Below, piece after piece: positions 1 to 9,557 of a DNA stretch of 64,000 nt; within the stretch, counting starts at the first letter, position 1; every line of letters starts with the position of its first letter. The stretch is from the NCBI GenBank assembly GCA_965369835.1, contig CBDUSE010000001.1:4393-68392 (forward strand). The letters run 5' to 3'. Source of the DNA: an uncultured bacterium. GTDB lineage: Bacteria > Auribacterota > JABMQX01 > JAFGEW01. Below the pieces are notes generated by a model that worked only from the letters and a program-made list of their open reading frames with translations, had not been told where the DNA came from and searched no databases. The position numbers and the translations under genes were made by a program.

Positions 1-2330
1 ACAACCGCCTCGAGGCCAAGAAAGGCCACGAGTTTCCTGAGGCAGTTGGTCCGGCGCGGTGCCCGGCCCTCGACGCGGCAGCTCTCTTCAACGTACCGCG
101 TTTGCCTGACAACGCGGGGGCTGAAGATCCAGAAACCTCGGCGTCTTCCTTTCTCGAAGTGCTCCAGGCGCCGGCTGGCATCTTCAAGTAGCCGCTTGTG
201 ATCCGCCTCTGCAGGGACTTGCACTTGCGCCGTGCCAAGCTCCTCGCGGGTCGTGGCCGTTGAGCTCAAGAGGGAATCCACGTCGCGGGCGAGGCGCTTC
301 CAGTGCTCCTGCCTTCCGACAAGCAAGTCCCTCAGGACTTCCTGCGCCAGCTCTCCCAGCGAACGCCTTGCCCGGGCGGCGTGTTCATCCAGAGCCGTGA
401 GAAAAGCCCGGGACTTCTCTAGACCTTCCACAGGGCTATCTCGAAGCACATCCAGCTTCTCGCGGACCACACTCCTCAGAGCCCGCTCTTCCGCGTCCTC
501 CGCAGCCTCGATCGCGCTCACGCTTGCAGCGAAGTCGTCTGGGTCTGCGAGTTGGAACTCGCCTGTCTCCAAGCGAAGCTCCTGGCACCAGTCCTGGGTT
601 GCCTGTGCATGCACTTCGGCAAGAAGCCTAATGTCTTCAAGGCCTAGAGGGAACGACGTGAGGTCATCGTGGAGGTGCGGGAGCCAGCCGAAGCTCTCGC
701 GCTCCTGCTCCAGCCGTCGTGCAATCTGGGCGGTGGTTCCCTGGTAGCCGCCGAGCAGTGTGCAGGAGTGCGTCTCGGCCTCGCGGGATTCGCGCAACTC
801 GCGGTCGATCTCGGCGCGCTTGTCCTCAAGCTGGTTCAACTCCTGCTCGAGCTGCTTGATCTTCTCCTGAGCCCAGTTCGGTCCCTGCCACTCGTTGTGT
901 CTTCGGAGGATGCCGTGAACCCCCTCGTCGAGAAGGCGCTGGTCGTCGCGCGTCGAGCCGAGGGCCGTAACACAGAGGTCGCGCAGATCATCCGGAAGCA
1001 GCCCCCGCAGGACGGTCAACGCCTTGGCAGTATGAGCCGTGACCAGAACGCGCTCACCGGAAGCCAACAGATGGCATATCATATTTGCTATTGTCTGGCT
1101 TTTCCCGGTCCCGGGCGGGCCTTTCACGAGCACGTACGGTTGCGCCCCGAGGCGATGGGCGATCCTGCGCTGCTCGTCGTTTGTCGGGAGAGGGAAGAGA
1201 AGGCGGTCCGCTGCTTGCCGCGTTGGATCGTAATGAGGAGGGCTGATTGTGGGATCAGATGAACCGGGCAATGACTCGCCTTCGCTCACAAACCGGTCCC
1301 ATGGTCCGGTGGTTGCAGGGGGCACATCGCCGTTGAAGCCCTTCAAGAAACCGGCGATGAGCTCCTCATAGGCGGTTGGTCGGCGCTCACGAAGCACAAC
1401 AGCCGGAGCGTACAGCACCCGAACTGTTTCATCGGCCCGATCCGCGGGACGGAGAGCTTTCTCATCCACTTCCGCGCTTGGAGTGGCCCGATTGGCTATC
1501 TCGCTCAGGATCTCACCGACCTTGGCGGTATCCCAAGCTTGGATGTCGAGTTCCTCCAGACGGTCTTCGAGGCCCGCTCCCTCGATCCGCGGCTGCTCGT
1601 GGAGCTCCAGCATGTCGAGCTCGATCCGGAAGCTCTGGAAGGAGGCTGAGGGTAGCACCGTCAGAACGCCACGCGCCGCGTCGAGCGAGATCTCAGCCGG
1701 CGCCGTCAGAAGGTGCCGCTTCACCGTTTTTCCGGTCGAGTCGCGCCACTGCAGAAGTCCGACAGCGAGGAGGAGCTCGTAGCGTTCTTCGGACTCCTCG
1801 AGGCGCCGCCGCATAAGGTCCACCTTCTCGTAAACGCGCTGAACTTCCTCCCACCTACGCAGCTCCTCCGCCCACGGCTCCCACTTGTTCACAAGATAGT
1901 CGAGCCAGGCTTCCTCTACCTCTGGATGATCGCTCAGGTGCTGCAACTCAGGAACCTTCGTAACCATCGTCACTTGTTGCTCAGGCGGGGCGTCAGGATC
2001 TGGCGCCTGTCTTTCGACTAGGAGGGTGATCTCAGGAAGAAGCTCCGGATCGTGTTGCGTCTGGTCCAAATCCTCAGGACGGACCCAATCCAGAACCATT
2101 TCGGGAACTGGCGGGCAGGTCGGCATGCGCTTCTTGCGGACCTCGAGCCAGATCTCGGGGAACTGTTCTGGATTCTCGGACAGAAGAGCAGAGCGGCACT
2201 CGCGCCGGTCCTTGGGGACGTCGGCGAACCACAGAAGCTCGTCGCCGGGCCTGTAGGAGGGGACGCGCTGGCGTCGGAGGGTGGCCGCATCCTTGAGAAA
2301 GGCGAGTAAAGAGGCCCCTTTGCCTAACAC
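1..2330 (-). CDS. Upf1-like superfamily-1 helicase, N-terminal part (partial; gene continues beyond window start). Runs off the window, so it is absent from the ORF track.
   Basis: Minus-strand frame reads without stops from a GTG at 2330 (SD GAGGAAAGG upstream) to position 1. It contains the Walker A motif VLVKGPPGTGKSQTIANMICHLLASGERVLVTAHTAKAL at about 1070-1140, typical of AAA_11/AAA_12 (Upf1/Sen1-like) helicases, preceded by a DUF4011-like N-terminal region of about 400 aa. Confidence 0.6.
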   Translation of the reverse strand, partial: MLGKGASLLAFLKDAATLRRQRVPSYRPGDELLWFADVPKDRRECRSALLSENPEQFPEIWLEVRKKRMPTCPPVPEMVLDWVRPEDLDQTQHDPELLPEITLLVERQAPDPDAPPEQQVTMVTKVPELQHLSDHPEVEEAWLDYLVNKWEPWAEELRRWEEVQRVYEKVDLMRRRLEESEERYELLLAVGLLQWRDSTGKTVKRHLLTAPAEISLDAARGVLTVLPSASFQSFRIELDMLELHEQPRIEGAGLEDRLEELDIQAWDTAKVGEILSEIANRATPSAEVDEKALRPADRADETVRVLYAPAVVLRERRPTAYEELIAGFLKGFNGDVPPATTGPWDRFVSEGESLPGSSDPTISPPHYDPTRQAADRLLFPLPTNDEQRRIAHRLGAQPYVLVKGPPGTGKSQTIANMICHLLASGERVLVTAHTAKALTVLRGLLPDDLRDLCVTALGSTRDDQRLLDEGVHGILRRHNEWQGPNWAQEKIKQLEQELNQLEDKRAEIDRELRESREAETHSCTLLGGYQGTTAQIARRLEQERESFGWLPHLHDDLTSFPLGLEDIRLLAEVHAQATQDWCQELRLETGEFQLADPDDFAASVSAIEAAEDAEERALRSVVREKLDVLRDSPVEGLEKSRAFLTALDEHAARARRSLGELAQEVLRDLLVGRQEHWKRLARDVDSLLSSTATTREELGTAQVQVPAEADHKRLLEDASRRLEHFEKGRRRGFWIFSPRVVRQTRYVEESCRVEGRAPRRTNCLRKLVAFLGLEAV

Positions 2331-2377
2331 GTGCGCACGCCTTTCCTCGGTTGGCCAATGTGCATCCGCCTAGACTC

Positions 2378-2409
2378 ATTATACTAGGGCAAAACCAGCG
2401 CGTTGTCAA
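2378..2409 (-). promoter_or_regulatory. Sigma70-type promoter for the helicase gene: -35 TTGACA, 17-nt spacer, -10 TAGTATAAT.
   Basis: On the minus strand, TTGACA (2409-2404) overlaps the carA stop codon. TAGTAT/TATAAT lies at 2386-2378, about 45 nt upstream of the GTG start at 2330. Confidence 0.5.
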
Positions 2410-3602
2410 TCGCGGACAGGGTGGCGTTCCATGAGCTGGATGAAGCGGGGGAAGAGGTAGGCGGCGTCGTGGGGGCCGGGCGAGGCTTCGGGGTGGTACT
2501 GGACGCTGAAGGCGGGGAGCTTCGTGTGCCGGAGGCCCTCGCTGGTGCGGTCGTTGAGGTTGAGGTGGGTCTGGACGACGGCGTCGGGGAGCGACTCGAT
2601 GTCCACCGCAAAACCGTGGTTCTGTGCGGTGATTTCGATCTTGCCGGTGGTGGTATCGAGCACGGGCTGGTTGGCGCCGCGGTGGCCGAACTTGAGCTTG
2701 TAGGTGGTGCCGCCACAGGCGAGGCCGAGCATCTGATGGCCGAGGCAGATACCGAAGATCGGCACCTTGCCGAGCAGCTTGCGGATGGTCTCAGAGGCGT
2801 ACGGCACGCCGGCGGGGTCGCCCGGGCCGTTGGACAGGAAGACGCCGTCGGGTTTGATTGCAAGCACGTCTCTGGCCTTCGCGTGGGCGGGGAAGACGGT
2901 GACGTCGCACCCCTCCTGGCGCAGGCGGCGGAGGATGTTGGTCTTGATGCCGTAGTCCATCGCCGCGACGCGGAGGCGCGGCTCGGGCAACTCGGCTCGT
3001 TCGGGATCGGTTGTCCACTGGCGGCTCAGCTTGCCGTCGGGGTCCCAGTTGTACGCCTCGGTGCACGTGACGTGCTTGACCAGGTCCTCGCCGACGAGGC
3101 CGACCCAGTCGCGCGCTTTGCGAACGAGCGATTTCTCGTCGAGGTCCACGCTCGAGATGACGCCCTTCATCGCGCCGACGGTGCGGATGTGCTTGGTGAG
3201 CATCCGGGTGTCTATCCCTTGGATGCCGGGGACGTTGCCGGCGACGAGGAACTCGTCGAGCGTGGCGGTGTGGCGCCAGTTCGACGGGATGCGGCTCAGC
3301 TCGCGCACGACGAAGCCCTCGACCCAGATGCGCGCAGACTCGACGTCCTCGCGGTTCACGCCGTAGTTACCGATGAGCGGGTAGGTCATCGTGACGATCT
3401 GGCCGCAGTACGACGGGTCGGTGAGGATTTCCTGATAGCCGGTCATCGAGGTGTTGAAGACGACCTCGCCGACGCGCTCGCCCTCGGCGCCGAACGCGTC
3501 GCCGCGGAAAACCGTGCCGTCCTCGAGCGCCAGGATCGCGGGTTTTCTCTTCGAGGATTGTGTCACGTTTTGTCTGTGTGATCTGTGGCCGGTTACCTTC
3601 AT
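2406..3602 (-). CDS. carA: Carbamoyl-phosphate synthase small (glutaminase) subunit
   Basis: 398 aa. Shows the GATase class-I motifs ([10 protein letters not shown], catalytic Cys-His region) and an N-terminal CPSase small-chain domain ([11 protein letters not shown]). The ATG overlaps the pyrC stop (ATGA). Confidence 0.9.
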   Translation of the reverse strand: MKVTGHRSHRQNVTQSSKRKPAILALEDGTVFRGDAFGAEGERVGEVVFNTSMTGYQEILTDPSYCGQIVTMTYPLIGNYGVNREDVESARIWVEGFVVRELSRIPSNWRHTATLDEFLVAGNVPGIQGIDTRMLTKHIRTVGAMKGVISSVDLDEKSLVRKARDWVGLVGEDLVKHVTCTEAYNWDPDGKLSRQWTTDPERAELPEPRLRVAAMDYGIKTNILRRLRQEGCDVTVFPAHAKARDVLAIKPDGVFLSNGPGDPAGVPYASETIRKLLGKVPIFGICLGHQMLGLACGGTTYKLKFGHRGANQPVLDTTTGKIEITAQNHGFAVDIESLPDAVVQTHLNLNDRTSEGLRHTKLPAFSVQYHPEASPGPHDAAYLFPRFIQLMERHPVRD

Positions 3603-4906
3603 GCTTTCGCCGCCTCACGCGCGTTCCAGACGACGTGGCCGGCGACGATGGTGGCGACCGGTGCGCCCGTGAGCTGCCATCCGCCGAACGGCGTGTTGCG
3701 GCTCTTGCTGGCGAACTCGTCGGGGTTGACGGTGACCTTGGCGTCGGGGTCGAAGATCGTTACGTCGCCGTCCATGCCAGACTTGAGCGAGCCTTTCTTT
3801 TCGAGGTGCAGAATGCGCGCCGGGGCAAGCGATATCTTCTCGACGAGCTGCCGCAGGCTGAGCACGTTCTTGTGCAGCAGCTCGTTCAGCGCGAGCGAGA
3901 CGGCGGTTTCGAGCCCGATCACGCCGAAGGCGGCGAGCGGGAACTCGACCTGCTTGTCGTTATACGCGTGCGGGGCGTGGTCGGTGGCGATGCAGTCTAT
4001 CGTGCCGTCGCGAAGGCCTTCGAGCAGCGCGAGCCGGTCCTCCTCGCTCCGGAGCGGCGGGTTCATTTTGTAGTTGGCGTCGTAGGTAGCGACGCACGCG
4101 TCGTTGAGCGTGAAGTGGTGCGGCGTCACCTCCGCCGTGATCGGCACGCCGCGTGCCTTCGCCTCGCGCACGATGCGGACCGAGCCGATCGTGCTGATGT
4201 GGGCGATGTGCGAGGGCGTGCCCGTGAGTTCCGAGAGGATCGCGTTGCGCGCCACGTGCACCTCCTCGGCCGCCGACGGGATGCCGCTCAGGCCAAGCAG
4301 CGTCGAGTAGTGGCCCTCGTGCATGACGCCGTCGGCGGCGAGGCGCTTGTCCTCGGCGTGCGAGATGTAGGGCACGCCGAACATGTTGGCGTAGTCGAGC
4401 GCGCGACGGAGCACGTAGTTGTCCTGCGAGCCCACGCCGTCGTCGCTCACGGCCACGGCGCCGGCCTCGACGAGCGAGCCGATGTTGGCGATGTCCTTGC
4501 CCTCGAGGCCGGGACTGATTGCGCCGATCGGGAAGACGTTGACGACGCCGACGGCCTCGGCGCGCATCATGATGAGGTCTATCACGCCCGAGGTGTCAAT
4601 GACGGGATTGGTGTTCGGCATGCAGGCGACCGAGGTGAAGCCGCCGTGCGCAGCGGCCCGCGTGCCGCTCTCGATGTCCTCCTTGTGCTCGAAGCCCGGC
4701 TCGCGCAGGTGCACGTGCATGTCTATGAAGCCGGGTGCGACGACACGCCCCGACGCCTCGAGCACCTCCACGCCGTCGGCGGCGATGCTCTGGCCGATCT
4801 CGGCGACCCGGCCGTCGCGGATGAGCACGTCGGCCGTCTCGTCGAGGTCCTGGGATGGGTCAATGACCCGGCCGCCTCGGATGAGGATTGTTCCGTTTCG
4901 CTTCAT
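3599..4906 (-). CDS. pyrC: Dihydroorotase
   Basis: Internal start [16 protein letters not shown] chosen at 4906; the upstream part of the longer ORF is Arg-rich junk. Metal-binding motifs [10 protein letters not shown] and DHAPH are present. Confidence 0.88.
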   Translation of the reverse strand: MKRNGTILIRGGRVIDPSQDLDETADVLIRDGRVAEIGQSIAADGVEVLEASGRVVAPGFIDMHVHLREPGFEHKEDIESGTRAAAHGGFTSVACMPNTNPVIDTSGVIDLIMMRAEAVGVVNVFPIGAISPGLEGKDIANIGSLVEAGAVAVSDDGVGSQDNYVLRRALDYANMFGVPYISHAEDKRLAADGVMHEGHYSTLLGLSGIPSAAEEVHVARNAILSELTGTPSHIAHISTIGSVRIVREAKARGVPITAEVTPHHFTLNDACVATYDANYKMNPPLRSEEDRLALLEGLRDGTIDCIATDHAPHAYNDKQVEFPLAAFGVIGLETAVSLALNELLHKNVLSLRQLVEKISLAPARILHLEKKGSLKSGMDGDVTIFDPDAKVTVNPDEFASKSRNTPFGGWQLTGAPVATIVAGHVVWNAREAAKA

Positions 4907-4917
4907 CGTCGGCTCCC

Positions 4918-5883
<966 letters not shown>

Positions 5884-5927
5884 AGTGCCTCCTCGTGTGG
5901 CTCCGGTCACGCCTGCCGGCCCTCGCC

Positions 5928-6491
5928 TCATGGGCTCTCCCGCTTGAGGAGCACCACCTCGTCTATGCCGTCCACCTCGACGAGGCTCACCTGCACGTCC
6001 TCGCCGCGCATGGTCGGGACATTCTTGCCGACGATGTCGGCGCGGATGGGGAGTTCGCGATGGCCGCGGTCAATGAGCACGGCGAGCATGATGCGGCGCG
6101 GACGGCCGAAGTCCATAATCGCGTCGAGCGCGGCGCGCACGGTGCGGCCGGTAAAAAGCACGTCGTCCACGATGACGAGGTCCCTGTCGGTCAGGTCGAA
6201 GCCGAAGTGGGTGCTTTTGACCTCGGGCTGGTCGAGCCGAGTGCCGAGGTCGTCGCGGTAGAACGTGATGTCGAGTTCGCCCACGGGCGGCTCGAGGTCG
6301 CAGACGGACTGTATGTTGGCCGCAGTGCGCTGCGCGAGCGGCACCCCGCGCACGTGGATGCCAATGAGGCCGAGGGACGCGACGTCGTCGTGTTTCTCCA
6401 CAATCTCGTGCGCCATTCGCATGAGCGTGCGGGACATCTGCGTGGCGTCAACAAGCTGGACGCGCGTCGTGCCGGTATCAGGATTGCCCAT
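5928..6491 (-). CDS. pyrR: Bifunctional pyrimidine operon regulator / uracil phosphoribosyltransferase PyrR
   Basis: 187 aa. Shows the PRTase motif [12 protein letters not shown] and a PyrR-like N-terminus. It is the first gene of the pyrR-pyrB-pyrC-carA operon. Confidence 0.88.
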   Translation of the reverse strand: MGNPDTGTTRVQLVDATQMSRTLMRMAHEIVEKHDDVASLGLIGIHVRGVPLAQRTAANIQSVCDLEPPVGELDITFYRDDLGTRLDQPEVKSTHFGFDLTDRDLVIVDDVLFTGRTVRAALDAIMDFGRPRRIMLAVLIDRGHRELPIRADIVGKNVPTMRGEDVQVSLVEVDGIDEVVLLKRESP

Positions 6492-6513
6492 CAGTTCGCC
6501 TCCTGCCCGGCGA

Positions 6514-6600
6514 CGAAAAAAACGCCCCTGCCTGTGCAGCGGGCTTCTTCACTTCGGATGTCGTGTTCATCTCGTGCCCTTCCTCGCCTCACGGGACGAA
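6514..6600 (-). promoter_or_regulatory. PyrR-dependent transcription attenuator (binding loop plus intrinsic terminator) in the pyrR leader
   Basis: The minus-strand RNA contains UCCCGUGAGGCGAGGAAGG, resembling the PyrR binding loop consensus UCCAGAGAGGCU. It is followed by a GC-rich hairpin (CCGCUG...CAGGGG) and a U7 run ending about 23 nt upstream of the pyrR ATG, with a GGAGG SD. Confidence 0.5.
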
Positions 6601-6785
6601 GTTAAAAGGCCTTAGGACAGATTCAGGAAGCACAGCAGTCTTCTAGCGGCGGCGTGGAGACGGTGTCAAGGAAAATCGTGTGGATGCGGCACGCTGGTTG
6701 AGCAGTCGGCAGGCGAGGCGCGGATTGACACCGGTGGCGGCTGTTCGTATTGTGCTTCGGGAGTGGCAAGGAGCGGAGGCGTCCG

Positions 6786-7850
6786 ATGGCCGGCGGAGAG
6801 ATGAAGCGCGTCTACCGAGGCATTACGTTTGGCGTGGCGCTGGTCGGCGGCGTCATCCTGCTCGTGAAGTTGCGGCAGATCGTGCTGATGGCGTTCCTCG
6901 GTGTGACTGTGGCGGTGCTGTTCAACTGGCTCGCGGGACTGCTTCGGCGGGTGGTCCCGAGGCTGGGGCAGGGCGTGGCGCTGGCGATCGTCGTGGTGGC
7001 GGTGCTCGCGGCGGTCGTAGGGCTGGCGAACCTGATCGCCCGTCCCATCGTCAGCGAGTTGAGCGACCTGGTCAAGAACCTGCCGGGTTACCTGGAAGAC
7101 ATCCAGGACCGGTTCGAGGAGTGGAGCGAGACGCACCTTGGGTCCGGCAAGGGGATAGACGTCGGTGGCTTCGCCAACGAGTTGTTCAAGTCGACGGGCA
7201 AGGTGGTCGCTTTCGTCATCGGCCTTCTGTCGGCGACGGGGGACGTTCTGCTCAAGATATTCGTCGTGTTGTCGCTCGGCGTGTTCTTCTCGATCAAACC
7301 GAGCCAATACAACAACCTGCTGCTCAGGTACGTGGGCGACGCGAACCGCGATCGGGCAAAGCGCGCGCTCGACGGGATCGCGGCGAAGCTCCGGGGCTGG
7401 CTTGGCGGGACGCTTTTCTCGGCGCTCTTCATCGCCGTTTTCTCAACGGCCGGGCTATTGCTCATCGGCGTGAAGTATGCCTATGTGTTCGGCCTGATCG
7501 GGGGGTTGATGGCCTTCATTCCGTACTTCGGCTCGATCATTGCCGTAGTACCGCCGGCGCTGTTCGCCCTGCTCGACCCGCACCCGGTCAAGGCGCTGTG
7601 GGTCGTTGTGCTCTTCGTGTGCGTGCAGACGGTCGAGGCGAACATGTTTACGCCGATGGTGATGCAGCGGCGTGTGGACTTGCCGCCGGCCGTCGTCGTG
7701 CTGGCGGTGTTGGTGATGGGCGCGCTGCTGGGGTTTCTCGGCGCGGTGCTCGCGCTGCCGTTGACGCTCGCGATCCAGACGTTCCTCGACGAGTTCGTCT
7801 TGAACAAGCGGGCATCTGTTTCTCTCAAGTCCGCGGCGGGCGGGGCATAA
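6786..7850 (+). CDS. AI-2E family (PerM/YhhT-like, UPF0118) membrane transporter
   Basis: About 8 predicted TM helices and typical AI-2E family topology and length. Start chosen at MAGGEM, with GGAGG 6 nt upstream. Confidence 0.65.
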   Translation: MAGGEMKRVYRGITFGVALVGGVILLVKLRQIVLMAFLGVTVAVLFNWLAGLLRRVVPRLGQGVALAIVVVAVLAAVVGLANLIARPIVSELSDLVKNLPGYLEDIQDRFEEWSETHLGSGKGIDVGGFANELFKSTGKVVAFVIGLLSATGDVLLKIFVVLSLGVFFSIKPSQYNNLLLRYVGDANRDRAKRALDGIAAKLRGWLGGTLFSALFIAVFSTAGLLLIGVKYAYVFGLIGGLMAFIPYFGSIIAVVPPALFALLDPHPVKALWVVVLFVCVQTVEANMFTPMVMQRRVDLPPAVVVLAVLVMGALLGFLGAVLALPLTLAIQTFLDEFVLNKRASVSLKSAAGGA

Positions 7851-7857
7851 GCGCTTG

Positions 7858-9447
7858 CTATTGATCCTCTTTGTGGCCGGCCTCTTCCTTCAGGATGATC
7901 CAGTCGAAGCCGGCTTCCGGCGGGAACTCGACCCAGATCGTGAAGATCGTGAAGCCGTGCTCGGTAAGCACGCGACCGAGCTCGAGCAGGCGGTCGGGCG
8001 CCTCGGGTCGGTGGCGGAAGAACATGACGGAGGCGCAATCGCGGTCGTCCACGACGCGGTACATGAACGCGGGTTCACCTTGGGGGTTGGCAATCATCAG
8101 CTCGGGTGGCGGCTTGATCTTCTCGAGCTTCTCTGCGCGTGCGAGCACCTCGAACAGAACGAGCTCACCCTCAGCCTTGCCGACGTACACTTTCTTGTCG
8201 GCGTCGTGAGCATTGATGTTGCGTGCATGCTCGCTCAGGCGCTCGGACTGCCGCCGGAGCAGCACGGAGCAGGCGTGGAGCCGTCCGCTCGGGAAGCGCG
8301 TCCTGTGGTGGAACGGGAGTGCGAGGAAGCTCACGGCCGCGACCGCGCCGACGATGACGACGCGCACAGCAGTGGCTAGCCGTGGCGGCCTGAACTGCCA
8401 GATTGCGCCCGCCACGAGCATGAAGAGGGTGAAGTAGGCCGGCATGTTGTGCCGAGCGCTGTTGCCGCGGATGACCATCCAGAACAGAATGAGCGGCAGC
8501 GCCCACAGGAGCGCGAATGCGACGAGCCGGCGGCGTTTCTTGACGATCAGGACCACGAGGCCGACAAGTGCGGCGGGCACGGCCGCCACGCCGCCGCCGA
8601 TCAGCAGGGCGCGCACGTTGTAGAGCCACGCCTCACCGTCGAGGCCGATGAAGAAGTGCGACGACCAGTTTCCGACGAATCCCGCCGCCGACGCCTCACC
8701 GCGGGAGAGAAAGAGCTGCGGGAGCAGCGCGCACACGATGCCGGTGGCGAGCCCGATCAGGGCGACCCATCCGGTCCGGCGCCACATCCGGCGCCCGTCG
8801 AGGAGCACGAGGCCAAGCATCGCCCCGCCGCACAGGAGCACGTCGGCCTTGGTCAAGCCGGTGAGCACGAAGAGCAACCACGCGGGCGCGAGCCACGCGA
8901 GTGGCCGTTTCGCCGTAAGCGCCGCGTCGAAGAGCACCAAGCCCCAGAGGAAGAAAGCGTAGGCGGGCATGTGGGGCATGCCGTAGATGCTCCCTTGCCA
9001 GACGGCCGGAGTAAGCAGCGTGAGGCCGACCGCCGCGCCGGCGCCCTCCCAGGGCAGGAACCGCCTCGCCAGCAGGTAGAGCGCCCCCGCGATCGTCGCA
9101 CCCGCTACCGCGCTGAGCCAGTTCATCCACGCGGGCAGTTGCGCAGGGGTCGCAACGCCCGAGCTGATGAGCGTTCTGAGCCACAGCACGTAGAGCGGGC
9201 TTGAACGGACGCGGTAGTCGGCCCAGTCCGAGCCGCTGAGCCGGCCGGTCAGGCGCCAACGGATCGCGTCGTTGGCGAGTCGCGCTGCGTCCGATTCGCC
9301 GAACGAATGGCGCAGCACGTAAGGGGAGTGAACGGCAAAGGTGGCGAGGATCAGCGCGAGCACGATGACTCGGTCGAGCCGGTGCACGCGGCGGCACGCG
9401 GAGATCGGCGCGTGCAGGCTCGGGGCGGCGGTGTCGGCGCTCGTCAC
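7858..9447 (-). CDS. Polytopic membrane protein with GT-C-like (ArnT/PMT-type) glycosyltransferase features and a C-terminal soluble domain
   Basis: 529 aa, more than 10 hydrophobic helices in the N-terminal 400 aa and an acidic first-loop region (FGESDAARLANDAIRW). Family assignment is tentative. Confidence 0.35.
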   Translation of the reverse strand: MTSADTAAPSLHAPISACRRVHRLDRVIVLALILATFAVHSPYVLRHSFGESDAARLANDAIRWRLTGRLSGSDWADYRVRSSPLYVLWLRTLISSGVATPAQLPAWMNWLSAVAGATIAGALYLLARRFLPWEGAGAAVGLTLLTPAVWQGSIYGMPHMPAYAFFLWGLVLFDAALTAKRPLAWLAPAWLLFVLTGLTKADVLLCGGAMLGLVLLDGRRMWRRTGWVALIGLATGIVCALLPQLFLSRGEASAAGFVGNWSSHFFIGLDGEAWLYNVRALLIGGGVAAVPAALVGLVVLIVKKRRRLVAFALLWALPLILFWMVIRGNSARHNMPAYFTLFMLVAGAIWQFRPPRLATAVRVVIVGAVAAVSFLALPFHHRTRFPSGRLHACSVLLRRQSERLSEHARNINAHDADKKVYVGKAEGELVLFEVLARAEKLEKIKPPPELMIANPQGEPAFMYRVVDDRDCASVMFFRHRPEAPDRLLELGRVLTEHGFTIFTIWVEFPPEAGFDWIILKEEAGHKEDQ

Positions 9448-9557
9448 GTTGTCGCTCCGCTCGTCGTGAGGAGTGTCGCGGCGCGTTGCGCGCCGCGAGG
9501 AACAGTAGCCGCTTCATGCTGCGCTGGCAAGAGGCGCGACCGGCAGGATGCGGAAGC

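Noticed and set aside
232-2021. Several plus-strand ORFs (232-747, 669-1262, 1376-1816, 1713-2021)
   Set aside because: The minus strand here encodes a continuous helicase frame with a Walker A motif. The plus-strand ORFs are fragmented Ser/Arg/Leu-rich shadows.
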